From a virus, in the IMG/VR virus record IMGVR_UViG_3300027833_000001, positions 32,001 through 96,000 of that record: a stretch of 64,000 bases of DNA; one strand, written 5' to 3'. The notes below the pieces were generated by a model. It was not told where the DNA came from. It saw only the letters and a list, made by a program, of their open reading frames with translations, and made no database searches. The translations under genes were made by a program, and so were the position numbers. Shown here piece after piece: positions 45,998 to 56,380 of this stretch (positions within the stretch are counted from its first letter, which is position 1; each line of letters begins with the position of its first letter).

Positions 45998-47709
45998 ACA
46001 GTACTAACAAATCTAGCAGAACCAGGCGCACCAGGTAATGATTGATCTCCACTAATTACCGAAACAGACACATCGCTTGCTTGAACATTAACGGGTGCTG
46101 GATCAGCAGGAGGTACAATAATAGTTGCAGGTTCGTTTCGTGCTTCATTGGCTGCCTCTGTCTCGCGTGATACTTCTTGAGAATCAATGTTTGGTGTACC
46201 AGTAGATGGTGTTAGTTTAGCACGTTTTTCAAGTTCTGTATTGATAAGATTTTGATTTTCCTCACTGATATCATCATCTTTAATAATAGCATTAAGTTGA
46301 CCTGTGGTAGCAGTAGCTATTTTAGAAGCATCGACTTCACTCTTACCAATTAAGTCCTCATCATATAGTCCACTATCTTTGGCTGAAGATAGGTTATCCG
46401 ATTGTGTTTTTCTTGCTGTAATTTCTTTTTCTATAAAGGCTTCTACTTGATCAGATGCTTCAGTAATTAGAGCCGGGAATCTTTCTTTGACTTTAGGATC
46501 TTCTTCTGGATATACTTCATGCAGATTGAAATATGCTTCTCTTGCAATTTCGTAACCAGCAACACCTAAAGTACCCACAGTACCTACACCAGGAACAAGT
46601 GCAGTTGCGGCTAGTCCTGCTCCTACCATGTCACCTTTAACTAGCTTATGAATCCCTATACCTGCCGCTACCGCTGATCCAACAAAGGGTATTGTTCTTC
46701 CTAATAGTCCTGGACCTTTTGAAGCAATTGCTTTAGTAACAGCCGCGGCTATTTTTCCACTCTTGGTCACACCAGTGACGTTTGCTAAATCAGCAGATAA
46801 AGCCGCGCCCTTAGCCGCTATAATTTTGAGGTTTCCTAATTTTGAAGGGTCGGTAACTCCTTCTTTTAAAAGTTTTCCTCCAAACCCTGCCGTTTTCTGA
46901 GCCTTAGTTAACCTTTCAGCATTACGACCCAACTCTACCACCTTCCCTGATTTCTCAACGACAGTATTTGCTACACCACCAACGGCTCTTAGTACACTAG
47001 GAGCGGCAGCCGCAGTTGCTCTGACAGCAGTTGGACTTATCGCTTTTGCTAACTTTGTAGAGTCTAGTGCTGAACCTGCATCAAGTGGACCAGTTCTATT
47101 AGGGTCTGACTGTAAATCAAGAATCGGCTTTGTTGGTGGAACACCTGGTACAACTTCCCCGTTGTTCTCTTTACCTTTAGCCATCTGGTTCATTAACAGC
47201 GAGAATCCTGCCAGTCCAAGTCCCGCTTTACCCAGGGTACCACCTAATCCTTTAACATTAGGCATTGAGAAACCAGATTTAATCTGTTCCTCTGATTTTT
47301 CGTTTGTCTCAAATACTTCTTTTTCTTCTGTATTTTTATTTATTTCTTTAAGTTCGCTTTTGATATCGATTAAAACATTTTCAATTTCTTGAAGATTTTC
47401 TGTAGCAGAACCTAAGGCGTTTGCATTTACCGTAGTACTTCTACCATTGTTATTAGCAGTTGGTGCAGACACTTGTGCATTTAGTCCACCTATATTTTTT
47501 CCTGGATTAGTACTAGCTAGATTAGCCCTAGCCATAGAATTAAAAGGAATTACATTGTCACTATTACCACGTCCTCCAGAAAGCATTCGGGCACCCATGC
47601 CAACTCCTGCACCCACTCCCACAGTTTTTGCTGTTCCTTTAAGAATTGGCAATGCTCTTGAAGCCATGGGTGAAACGATTCTACCGGCTCCTGCTAAAAA
47701 TGGTAACAT
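45994..47709 (-). CDS. gp29: probable baseplate hub / tail length determinator
   Basis: 571 aa, Ala/Gly-rich helical with hydrophobic GxxxG segments, directly after gp26-gp51. Confidence 0.6.
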   Translation of the reverse strand: MLPFLAGAGRIVSPMASRALPILKGTAKTVGVGAGVGMGARMLSGGRGNSDNVIPFNSMARANLASTNPGKNIGGLNAQVSAPTANNNGRSTTVNANALGSATENLQEIENVLIDIKSELKEINKNTEEKEVFETNEKSEEQIKSGFSMPNVKGLGGTLGKAGLGLAGFSLLMNQMAKGKENNGEVVPGVPPTKPILDLQSDPNRTGPLDAGSALDSTKLAKAISPTAVRATAAAAPSVLRAVGGVANTVVEKSGKVVELGRNAERLTKAQKTAGFGGKLLKEGVTDPSKLGNLKIIAAKGAALSADLANVTGVTKSGKIAAAVTKAIASKGPGLLGRTIPFVGSAVAAGIGIHKLVKGDMVGAGLAATALVPGVGTVGTLGVAGYEIAREAYFNLHEVYPEEDPKVKERFPALITEASDQVEAFIEKEITARKTQSDNLSSAKDSGLYDEDLIGKSEVDASKIATATTGQLNAIIKDDDISEENQNLINTELEKRAKLTPSTGTPNIDSQEVSRETEAANEARNEPATIIVPPADPAPVNVQASDVSVSVISGDQSLPGAPGSARFVSTV

Positions 47710-47865
47710 TTATTTGTTCCTTTGTTTATCTGCTTTCTTTTTCAGATGATCGACTAGCATACTTACGTATACTTCCCTTTCCCATGGTACCCAACTTTCG
47801 ATCTCTGTTAAACTGTATTTATGCTCTTGCATTAATAGAAAGTTAGTTTTGAAGAAATTCTCCAT
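47710..47865 (-). CDS. gp51: baseplate hub assembly catalyst (possibly made as a gp26 -1 frameshift extension)
   Basis: ENFFKTNFLLMQEHKYSLTEIESWVPWEREVYV. Confidence 0.85.
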   Translation of the reverse strand: MENFFKTNFLLMQEHKYSLTEIESWVPWEREVYVSMLVDHLKKKADKQRNK

Positions 47866-47882
47866 AGTTTCATGTGAAAGGG

Positions 47883-48590
47883 CTAGACGAAAAAATCCAG
47901 ATAGCCATTCATCCAAAAAGTACTGGTTTTACCACAGTCAGTGTTCTTACACGTAAATGTGATTTCTTTTTCAAGTACTGGCATTGTTCCAAAAAAATCT
48001 TTGAATGCGCCAAACTCACCCAACGATAGTCCTTCAATGAACTCTATCTTTTCTTCTTTTGTTAAATCAGAACCTAATACAACGTCATCTTTAGTATGAA
48101 TCTCTTCAATACAATTAGCCGCGGCATCATAGATATCTAATTCTTCTTTTGCGGCACCTATATCCATTAAATCTTCCGCTGTTGGATATCCCATTAGTAT
48201 TGCGGTATCATCATTCACTTTGATAGGATTAATATGATTTTCATTCTCTGTTATGTCGAAGTCATTCATGTCTATCTCTTCAGGTATAGATTCGTCACAA
48301 TGTCCACATACAAAGTTTACTGCAAATTTGGGCGAGATTGATGCCGATCTAAGTTGCATAAAAATCTTTTGAAGATCAAAGATTGGTATATCATCACCTT
48401 GTACTTCTCCAAAAGAACAATTTGTAATAACTTGTTGTATCGCTTTCACGAGGTCAAGTTGATCATCTGATTGTGTTGCTAGTACTAGTATTTTTTCTTC
48501 CTTTACTAGAAAGGGTCTAAATTTGAACTTCTTTCTCCTTGACAGTATGTGTATGTCAAAGAGTCGCTGGTCACTTTGGGGTATGCTCAT
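47883..48590 (-). CDS. gp26: baseplate hub subunit/chaperone
   Basis: KFRPFLVKEEKIL, FDLQKIFMQLRSAS, CxxC...CxxxxC, ends YLDFFV. Confidence 0.9.
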   Translation of the reverse strand: MSIPQSDQRLFDIHILSRRKKFKFRPFLVKEEKILVLATQSDDQLDLVKAIQQVITNCSFGEVQGDDIPIFDLQKIFMQLRSASISPKFAVNFVCGHCDESIPEEIDMNDFDITENENHINPIKVNDDTAILMGYPTAEDLMDIGAAKEELDIYDAAANCIEEIHTKDDVVLGSDLTKEEKIEFIEGLSLGEFGAFKDFFGTMPVLEKEITFTCKNTDCGKTSTFWMNGYLDFFV

Positions 48591-48608
48591 TATAACTCCT
48601 AATAATTA

Positions 48609-49319
48609 TTAAATATCGATAATGTCATCAAATGCATTTGATAAGCTATTCTTAATTTGATTCTCAAGACTGCCAAATCGTAAGTTAAGTATCTGTCCGA
48701 GAATACTTCTTCTATCTCCTTTTTCGTATGGAACCCATCTCTTGTACGAGAATGTTACTGTACAACGAGCCGCACCTTCACCACCACTATGAGATATTGG
48801 CGTTAGTGAGATGACTCTTGGAAAGGCTTCTTTCAAGCACCACTCTCCAACAATTCCATTAATTCTATCAAGTGCATAGACAGTTACTTCACCTATCATA
48901 TCACTGTAGAATGCGACTTCTTTAGAATAAGGGTTTACACTATTCATCATCCACTTCTCAAAATACTCTCTGACTTCCCAATCAGTATCACAGAAGAAAG
49001 TAAACGATGCTGTATCACCATAAAACTCTATGTTAGAAACTCTATTCTCTGTCCAAGATCCAATCTTTACTGGATTGTAGACTAGTTGTAGTCCTGGAAT
49101 AGCGGCTTCTTCACATAAAAGGGAAACATCTCTACTTCCATCAAGTCCTGTTGGTGCTTGAATGTATACAGCAAACCTATTTGCCCTGGCTAGATCATTG
49201 CGTCTAACCTTTGTGACCATATCACGTAGGTCAAATACGGGTTTATCTTTCCGCTTCTTAGTACTTGCTGTGTCTACATCGCTAGTATCTGTGGTTTTTT
49301 CTGGAGTTGTGTCTGTCAT
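48609..49319 (-). CDS. gp54: baseplate-tail tube junction/initiator
   Basis: LARANRF.V, CEEAAIPG, FTFFCD..REYFEKW, EAFP, VTFSYKRW (tube-like fold). Confidence 0.75.
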   Translation of the reverse strand: MTDTTPEKTTDTSDVDTASTKKRKDKPVFDLRDMVTKVRRNDLARANRFAVYIQAPTGLDGSRDVSLLCEEAAIPGLQLVYNPVKIGSWTENRVSNIEFYGDTASFTFFCDTDWEVREYFEKWMMNSVNPYSKEVAFYSDMIGEVTVYALDRINGIVGEWCLKEAFPRVISLTPISHSGGEGAARCTVTFSYKRWVPYEKGDRRSILGQILNLRFGSLENQIKNSLSNAFDDIIDI

Positions 49320-49323
49320 GTGT

Positions 49324-49366
49324 GATAAATATCCTTAAAGATCAGTGTTTACGAGAACTATTTATA
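49324..49366. promoter_or_regulatory. face-to-face late promoters
   Basis: GATAAATA(+) at 49324 and TATAAATA(-) at 49359-49366. Confidence 0.6.
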
Positions 49367-49806
49367 TGACTTATAATAAACAATTGCACCAAGGTAAATT
49401 TATTCCAAAATTCCCCAATAAATATAAGGGAGATGTTGGTAATGTTATTTATCGCTCTGGATATGAAGTAAAATTTATGAACTGGTGTGATATGAATGAT
49501 GATGTTAGAGAATGGTCATCTGAAGAAGTTGTTATACCATATGTCTCTCCATTAGACAGTAGAGTACATAGGTATTACATTGACTTCTTGGTAAGAATAC
49601 GAGAGCAAACATACTTGATAGAAGTTAAGCCAGAAAGATTTACTAGAGAACCCTCTATACCAAAAAGAAAAACAAAAAGGTTTCTTAATGAAGTAGCACA
49701 GTATGCTGTAAATCAAGCGAAATGGAAATCTGCTAGAGAGTTTTGTGCAGATAGAAAATGGGAATTTAAGATTATAACTGAAAAAGAACTAGGAATAAAA
49801 TATTGA
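49366..49806 (+). CDS. gp4: head completion nuclease
   Basis: PNKYKGD..IYRSGYE..WSSEE..PY.SP.D...HRYYIDF..LIEVKP..NQAKW..ITE. Confidence 0.92.
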   Translation: MTYNKQLHQGKFIPKFPNKYKGDVGNVIYRSGYEVKFMNWCDMNDDVREWSSEEVVIPYVSPLDSRVHRYYIDFLVRIREQTYLIEVKPERFTREPSIPKRKTKRFLNEVAQYAVNQAKWKSAREFCADRKWEFKIITEKELGIKY

Positions 49807-49820
49807 CTTATTCTGAAAAA

Positions 49821-50870
49821 ATGTATAATACTGATATCTGGCATGATAAGTTCAAAGATATTCCAAATACGTGCGTACTAGGTTGTGAGAAAATTTTCGA
49901 ACGGGATTTGAGTGATCATGTTAGAAAAGCTATTGAGGTGTTACCCTTAACAGAAAACATAATCGTCACTTTTTTATACGAAGCATTACATTCTATACAT
50001 TGGAATGTTGTGTTTAATCTTTTGCTTGATGTGGGATACAAACGTATTTTGCTTATAGATGGAGGAGAATTGCCTCCTATTTTACTGGGAAAGCCAAGAC
50101 ACGAAAATATTCATCATTTTCCAGATAGAACATTACAAACTAGTCCTTATAGAAACAAGTTGGAACTATCTAATAGATACGGGAATAAACAATTAGTACC
50201 TGAACGAGAAAGAACAAAAGTTTTTATTAGTTTAGCAAGAATGGTTAGGGAAGAAAGAATATACTTCACAAATAAGATATTAAACGATACAGAATTATAC
50301 AATAAGGGTATAGTATCATGTGGGTGGGGAGACACAGAGCCCATGAAACTCCAGTGTATATCATTATCAGATGAAGAGATGAGTAGATTTCCTGTAACGC
50401 TTGGACATCAAAATGCCGATCAGCACGGTTACTTTGAGGAGTTCTCTACTGCTATGTTCAATGTAGTACTGGAATCTTCTATCGGTATGAATACATCACG
50501 ATACTATGATGGAGTATTTACAGATACAGATAGACTCTTTATAACAGAGAAAACAACTAAGGCATTCTATATGCACCAAATACCCATTATATTAGGAGCT
50601 CCAGGAATAGTACAACACCTAAGAAGCATGGGATATGATATGTTTGATGAGATTGTTAACCATGATTACGATAACGAAGATAATATTTTCAAACGATGTG
50701 ATATGATATTTGCCGAATTGAAACGACTATCTTCAATACCACTAAACCAATTAAACAATATGTTGACGATACAATCAACTTTACCCGATAGATTTCATCA
50801 CAATCGATCTTTATTGCACCAGTATGCTGAAGATAAAGTAATTTTAGATTGGATCGATAATAACTTTTAA
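49821..50870 (+). CDS. putative glycosyltransferase (GT10-like motif), fourth paralog, inside the virion module
   Basis: FISLARMVREER, FNVVLES, FITEKTTKAF..QIPIILG, GYDMFD..HDYD. Confidence 0.55.
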   Translation: MYNTDIWHDKFKDIPNTCVLGCEKIFERDLSDHVRKAIEVLPLTENIIVTFLYEALHSIHWNVVFNLLLDVGYKRILLIDGGELPPILLGKPRHENIHHFPDRTLQTSPYRNKLELSNRYGNKQLVPERERTKVFISLARMVREERIYFTNKILNDTELYNKGIVSCGWGDTEPMKLQCISLSDEEMSRFPVTLGHQNADQHGYFEEFSTAMFNVVLESSIGMNTSRYYDGVFTDTDRLFITEKTTKAFYMHQIPIILGAPGIVQHLRSMGYDMFDEIVNHDYDNEDNIFKRCDMIFAELKRLSSIPLNQLNNMLTIQSTLPDRFHHNRSLLHQYAEDKVILDWIDNNF

Positions 50871-50874
50871 TGAG

Positions 50875-50882
50875 TATAAATA
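50875..50882 (+). promoter_or_regulatory. late promoter
   Basis: TATAAATA. Confidence 0.7.
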
Positions 50883-50888
50883 CTATAT

Positions 50889-51461
50889 ATGCCTAATCCA
50901 TTTGAAAAGATACGAGCAAATTCCAACGACCAGCAAAAAAGTTTTGACTGGTACATGAGACAGGTACGCGAAGTAGCCAAAAGAATTAGTTCGCCTAGTA
51001 AAGTATTGAACTCTGAAATAGGAGAACTCACACAGAAGCTAGATATGGGAAGTATGTATTTGTTTAAGTATGATGCTAAACATAAAGATACATTACCATA
51101 CTACGATGGTTTCCCATTGTGTCTTCCTATAGAACCAGCACCGGGTGGATTTTACGGAATGAATTTACATTATTTGCCCCATGGTCTTAGAGCGCAATTG
51201 TTAGGAAAGTTATTGGAAACGGCTGATAACTCTGCCCTATCATCGGACACTAAAATGGCATACAATTGGGATATGTTAAAGAATGCATCTAGATTCGCTG
51301 AAGTTAAACCTTGTGTCAAACGATATTTAACGGTACAAATGCAATCTAGATTTTTGAAGATTAATCCACAAGACTGGAAAGCCGCAATATTCTTACCAGT
51401 AGAAAACTTCAAGGGTGCATCGAAAGCACAAGTGTACACAGATTCTAGGGAAATGATTTAA
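50889..51461 (+). CDS. gp2: DNA end protector protein
   Basis: YDAKHKDTLPYYD.FPL, GMNLHYLP, KPCVKRYL, AIFLPVE.F. Confidence 0.92.
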   Translation: MPNPFEKIRANSNDQQKSFDWYMRQVREVAKRISSPSKVLNSEIGELTQKLDMGSMYLFKYDAKHKDTLPYYDGFPLCLPIEPAPGGFYGMNLHYLPHGLRAQLLGKLLETADNSALSSDTKMAYNWDMLKNASRFAEVKPCVKRYLTVQMQSRFLKINPQDWKAAIFLPVENFKGASKAQVYTDSREMI

Positions 51462-52705
51462 TGACAACTGTATCAGATAAAATGGCTTCAAAAGGAACTG
51501 GGAAGTTAGTACTTTCATATCCGCATGAAGTAGATAATCCACAAAACACAGAAGACCCAATGTATGTACATTCGGTTATATTCCAAATTCTTGTTAGAGA
51601 GAAATCTCCTAGCCGGTCTGGTAGTACAGCGGGTGGACAGGCAATAGAAGTTTCAAACGGATCAGACAATCTTCCAATAGAATCAAATATGATTCAAAAC
51701 CAAGCCATTGTAGTCGCAGGGGCAGCGGCTATTGCGGCAGCAGGATCTAATCCCGGAACAACCGTGGCTGTTGGCGCAGGTGCCGCAATAGCCGGCATGG
51801 TTGACAAATTATTTGGTAGTGGTGATGGAGTTCAAGCCGTTATCGACACTACGGAAAGTAAAGTTCAAGAGTTATCAAAAAAAGTTAGTGATTATGCAGG
51901 CTCGATTAATCCAATAATAAGAACTGAAAAAATAATCAAGTTATATACTCCACAATCACCACAAGAAGAATATGGTGCTGGTTGGACAGATGTTGAGTTT
52001 GGATTAGCAGGTGCTTTAGCGAAACAAGGAAATGTATTAGACACGCTTAAAGGTATGGCAAACGGTAGTAACCCAGAAGCTAGAGAACGTGGAATCAGAT
52101 TACTTACTGGTATGAGTAATATCACACAAGCCGCAGGATTTGATTTTAAATTACAAGATGCAATAGAACTGCAAACAGGCAAGATACCAAATCCATATAA
52201 ACAGCAATTGTTTAAAGGAATGAACTTTAGATCATTTGCATACACATTCAAATTTATACCTAAAAATCAAGCAGAACTTGCATCGACATATGAAATAATC
52301 AAGACATTTAGAGATCATATGCATCCAGAAAGAACTGATGATTTCTTTATTATGTATCCTTCTACTTTTGAAATTGAGTATCAGTATAGAGGCATCAGAA
52401 ATAAGTGGCTAACTAAGATAGCTGATTGTGCATTAGTAAATATGAAAGTTGATTACGGAGCGGGTGGTGCTTTAACTACTTTCCAAAACACTGGTGGTGC
52501 ACCAACAGAGATAAACATAGAAATGCAATTCAGAGAACTTGCACTTATTACAAGAGAACATTTTAATGATTGGGATCCATTGCCCGATAATATATCTCCT
52601 ACTCCAACAGAGCCAGTTGATCAGGGTGATAACCAAACAGCAGAAGATGCTAAAGAAGATCAACAAAAACAAGATGAAGGGAATATTAAGGGAGTCACAA
52701 CATAA
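51461..52705 (+). CDS. gp48: baseplate tail-tube cap
   Basis: NPYKQQLFKGMNFRSFAYTFKFIPKN..E, II..FR..MHP, YPS.F.I, F.EL. Confidence 0.85.
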   Translation: MTTVSDKMASKGTGKLVLSYPHEVDNPQNTEDPMYVHSVIFQILVREKSPSRSGSTAGGQAIEVSNGSDNLPIESNMIQNQAIVVAGAAAIAAAGSNPGTTVAVGAGAAIAGMVDKLFGSGDGVQAVIDTTESKVQELSKKVSDYAGSINPIIRTEKIIKLYTPQSPQEEYGAGWTDVEFGLAGALAKQGNVLDTLKGMANGSNPEARERGIRLLTGMSNITQAAGFDFKLQDAIELQTGKIPNPYKQQLFKGMNFRSFAYTFKFIPKNQAELASTYEIIKTFRDHMHPERTDDFFIMYPSTFEIEYQYRGIRNKWLTKIADCALVNMKVDYGAGGALTTFQNTGGAPTEINIEMQFRELALITREHFNDWDPLPDNISPTPTEPVDQGDNQTAEDAKEDQQKQDEGNIKGVTT

Positions 52706-53211
52706 TGTTCTTTAGACAATTTCCAATAGTAGCTATGCAGATTGATGGGCAGTTGATTAATTACCCAGACATATTTCGCAGAGTAGCTAAAAACAAATTC
52801 TTTGAAAACCAAGCATATATTGATACTTACACAGTCAATGATGGCGAGAGACCAGAACATATTGCTAATAAATTATATAATAATCCACACTATCATTGGA
52901 TAGTACTGCTTGCTAATAACATAATAAGTCTCAACACTGACTGGCCCAAAAGCAGTCAAGACTTAGAATCTATGTGCAAAGATAAGTATGGTGCTGAACA
53001 ATTGTATGGTATTCATCACTATGTTTTTGCGGCTGACAAGAATGTACAAACTGACTATGATCAAACAGCATTCAATAATGGTACTATAACATCTGTAAGT
53101 AATTATGATTACGAGGTAAAATTGAACGAAGACAAAGCAGAAATACAATTATTGAAACCAGAATATGTACAACAGTTTGTTGGTCAATTCAAACAACTTA
53201 TAAAGAAGTAA
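52705..53211 (+). CDS. gp53: baseplate wedge subunit (LysM-like)
   Basis: MFFRQFP, DGERPEHIANKLY..HWIVLLAN, DWP, IHHY, YEVKLNEDK. Confidence 0.9.
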   Translation: MFFRQFPIVAMQIDGQLINYPDIFRRVAKNKFFENQAYIDTYTVNDGERPEHIANKLYNNPHYHWIVLLANNIISLNTDWPKSSQDLESMCKDKYGAEQLYGIHHYVFAADKNVQTDYDQTAFNNGTITSVSNYDYEVKLNEDKAEIQLLKPEYVQQFVGQFKQLIKK

Positions 53212-53215
53212 TTAA

Positions 53216-54625
53216 ATGGCTGATAGTATTCCAGATAGTGCGTTTGCTACTGAAATTGAAGATTTATATCTTAACTTGGCTGGTAAGGTTATTGTTGACT
53301 TACGTGAATATGTCCAAGAGATAAAAATCTATGAGAACATCAATCAAAATTGTTTGTTTGTTGAGATGATGGTATCGGATGGTGCTAATATTTTAGGAAG
53401 ACTTGACATATCTGGTAGCACTACAGCTACAATGAAGCTCAAATCACCATTCTTACAAGACAGAGAATCTTACCAAAAAACATTTTCAATTTTTTCTGTG
53501 TCAGATAGAATTGTTAAAGATGATAGAAAGCAATACTATATACTCAATCTCATTTCAATAGAAGGAATGAAAGATTTATCAACCAAGATATCACAAAGAT
53601 TTAAGGGTTCTACTGAAGAATTGGCAGCCCAAATTTATGGTGATACTATTCAAGAGCCTAGAGTCAGAGCCAAAGATGGTACATTTTCAGGTCAGACTCC
53701 ATTAACTATATTAGGAACTCCACATAAGTCTAATAATTTTTCGTTTACTGCAACTAATTGGAGTGCATTTCAATGTATGCAATTCATTGCAAAAAATACA
53801 GATCCAGCTGATCTTGATGGCAAACTTGTTATGCCAAATAGTATGTTTTTTGAGACTAGAACTGGATTTAAAGTAGGTTCTTTAACCGAACTTATTGTAG
53901 CACAGAAGAAGAAAAAAATTCTATATGATGAGTACAACTTGTTACCAGCAGGATACGAGCAACATCTAGATGGCGAAGAAAGAAAGTCATTGGGTGATTA
54001 CAGCTACTCAAGTCCTTTCGTATCATCTCAATATTGCACAGTACTTGACTGTGACATGAAGTCTTATTTCAATGAGTTGAGTAATCAGCAATCTGGATAC
54101 TATGGTAGTACCACTGTAGGTATCGATATGATAACTAGACAAAACTATCATATGGTATTCGACTACACTTCTAACTCAGAAGCTAGAAACAAAATTCCTA
54201 AAGCATATGATGATTTTATCCATCTTGCAGATGAAAGTCCTATAGATGCAAATCCTATTTTTAGTCCAGCGGCTGTGACTAATGTTAAAATTGGAGCAAC
54301 AAATTTATATGATGATTCTACTTTTGGATACAATCCAACACATTTCGAAAACTTGACATATAGAAATACTGCTAGAGCAGAGATGAATAGAATTAGTATG
54401 CGTATTACAGTGCCAGGCAAAACTGATATGGAAGTCGGTAGTTTAATTCGATTTAATTTTCCAAGCATAGGTGAGAAGAGTAAAGGTATGAGTAGAGATG
54501 AAATATTTGATCCTAAAATATCTGGCATTTGGGCAGTAACTTCGGTTACACACAGCATTACACCTTCAGAACATAAAATGACTTTAAATATTGTCAGAGA
54601 TTCATATGGGGATTCAAATGAATAA
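53216..54625 (+). CDS. baseplate hub protein (gp27-like position and fold)
   Basis: IYENI, FFET..GF, ITVPG....VG, SG.W.VTSVTH; precedes gp5. Confidence 0.65.
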   Translation: MADSIPDSAFATEIEDLYLNLAGKVIVDLREYVQEIKIYENINQNCLFVEMMVSDGANILGRLDISGSTTATMKLKSPFLQDRESYQKTFSIFSVSDRIVKDDRKQYYILNLISIEGMKDLSTKISQRFKGSTEELAAQIYGDTIQEPRVRAKDGTFSGQTPLTILGTPHKSNNFSFTATNWSAFQCMQFIAKNTDPADLDGKLVMPNSMFFETRTGFKVGSLTELIVAQKKKKILYDEYNLLPAGYEQHLDGEERKSLGDYSYSSPFVSSQYCTVLDCDMKSYFNELSNQQSGYYGSTTVGIDMITRQNYHMVFDYTSNSEARNKIPKAYDDFIHLADESPIDANPIFSPAAVTNVKIGATNLYDDSTFGYNPTHFENLTYRNTARAEMNRISMRITVPGKTDMEVGSLIRFNFPSIGEKSKGMSRDEIFDPKISGIWAVTSVTHSITPSEHKMTLNIVRDSYGDSNE

Positions 54626-56369
54626 TCAATTATATCCTCAGTTTACATGGTGGCAAGGAATCGTTGAAGATAGATACGATCCCGATAAACTTGGAAGATA
54701 CAAAGTTCGAATTTTTGGCTATCATACAAATGATAAAACTAATATGCCAACTGAAGATTTGCCGTGGGCTATTCCTATGCAACCAGTTACATCTGCGGCT
54801 ATATCTGGAGTAGGAACAAGTGCTAATGGTCTAGTAGAAGGAAGCGCAGTAATAGGATTCTTTGCTGATGGACCAGATGGACAGATTCCAATTCTTATGG
54901 GCAGTTGGGGATGTATGTCTTTCTTACCAGAAGACTCGGAAGGTGAAGTTGTAGGCTTTGATAGAAGTAAGTCTGGATTTTATGATCCTTCTGGCACTTA
55001 TCCTAGACAAAAAGAGATTGATACTGAGATAGGAAGTGAGACCTTTGGTCAAAAGATCGATGTTGGTAAAAACATATTAAAAGAACCAGACTCTTCTAGA
55101 CTTGCTAGAGGAGCAGAATCATCTGAACAACATTTCTCACTTCAGGTAAAGAGAGATACTAGAATTACGGGAATTGGTAAAGCATTTGCGCCAGATATGA
55201 CAATATATGATCTACACGAAACATCTATTACACATCCTGATACTGATGCAACTCCAGCACCAAAATATGGTCCTGCCGAGACTTGGGATGAGCCACACCC
55301 ACAAGGAGCATTAAAATCAGTTTCAAAATATCCACATAACAAAGTTACTGAGACAGAAAGTGGACACATATTTGAAGTTGATGATACTCCTGGTGCAGGA
55401 AGAATTCACCAGATGCACAACTCTGGTACATATGAAGAGATACAACCAGATGGCACAAGAGCCGTAAAGATTATATCTGAAGATTATGAAATCATTGTTA
55501 GTAATAAGCATCTACTTGTTAAGGGAGACTTTAATATTACAGTAGAGGGTGATTATAATCTAAATGTATTAGGAAACAAATACGAAGATATACAAGGGCA
55601 TTCTTTTGAATCTGTACGTGGTAATAAAGTTACTAAAGTTCAAGGCAATAGAGTTGAAGAGAATTTGTCTGATTACTCTGTTCTTACTGTAAAAAATAAA
55701 TGGGAAACTGTACAATGTGATAAAGGACAAGGACAATACTCTACGCGGGTTGGTGGAAAATTCATCGAAGCAATTGGCAAAGAAACTACTATAACATATG
55801 GACAAGGTATTAATACCGTAGTTAGCGGAGACTATAAACTAACGACAGTACCATCATTTGGTGTCGAAGTTACTGAAGAGGGAATAAAACCCGTAATCAC
55901 TTATGGAGACTTCATAGTATTTACTACAGGTGATGTAACTCTTGGAACACAACTAACACCAAACTTGAACGGTACATTCCCAACAGTATCACTACAGTCT
56001 GCCTATATTAATACAATGGGAACTATGGGTCACTTAGAAGCGATTGGTATAGTGCCTGTTGTTCCACCAGCACCAGGACAGATAGTAGGTAAACGTATTA
56101 TGAATTCTGTCATTGCCGCTGATGGAACGTCATACGATGAGAAAATTATGCTTGGTAATGTGAAGAGGACTGTGGCAGTTGGTAATGTAGTTGATACAGT
56201 CGCAGTTGGATCATATACGATTAATGCTACATTGTCATTACTTGTGAACTCTCCAAACTTTACCACCTCAATACTTGGCACCTCAATAGTTGGCACTACA
56301 GCCGGTATTTCCATCGCCGCTGGTACCGGGGCACTGGTTCTTACCGCGGCAACAATTAGTCTTAACTAG
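54618..56369 (+). CDS. gp5: baseplate central spike (OB-fold plus beta-helix; no lysozyme domain evident)
   Basis: WWQGIVEDRYDP..LGR.KVRIFGYH, LPWA, YPHNKVTETESGH.FE.DDTPG..RI...H.SGT. Confidence 0.92.
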   Translation: MNNQLYPQFTWWQGIVEDRYDPDKLGRYKVRIFGYHTNDKTNMPTEDLPWAIPMQPVTSAAISGVGTSANGLVEGSAVIGFFADGPDGQIPILMGSWGCMSFLPEDSEGEVVGFDRSKSGFYDPSGTYPRQKEIDTEIGSETFGQKIDVGKNILKEPDSSRLARGAESSEQHFSLQVKRDTRITGIGKAFAPDMTIYDLHETSITHPDTDATPAPKYGPAETWDEPHPQGALKSVSKYPHNKVTETESGHIFEVDDTPGAGRIHQMHNSGTYEEIQPDGTRAVKIISEDYEIIVSNKHLLVKGDFNITVEGDYNLNVLGNKYEDIQGHSFESVRGNKVTKVQGNRVEENLSDYSVLTVKNKWETVQCDKGQGQYSTRVGGKFIEAIGKETTITYGQGINTVVSGDYKLTTVPSFGVEVTEEGIKPVITYGDFIVFTTGDVTLGTQLTPNLNGTFPTVSLQSAYINTMGTMGHLEAIGIVPVVPPAPGQIVGKRIMNSVIAADGTSYDEKIMLGNVKRTVAVGNVVDTVAVGSYTINATLSLLVNSPNFTTSILGTSIVGTTAGISIAAGTGALVLTAATISLN

Positions 56370-56380
56370 GGAATAAAGAA

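Noticed and set aside
49803-49829. TTGACT...TATAAT promoter before the fourth GT-like gene
   Set aside because: Spacer is only 15 nt and the -10 lies inside the likely coding start.
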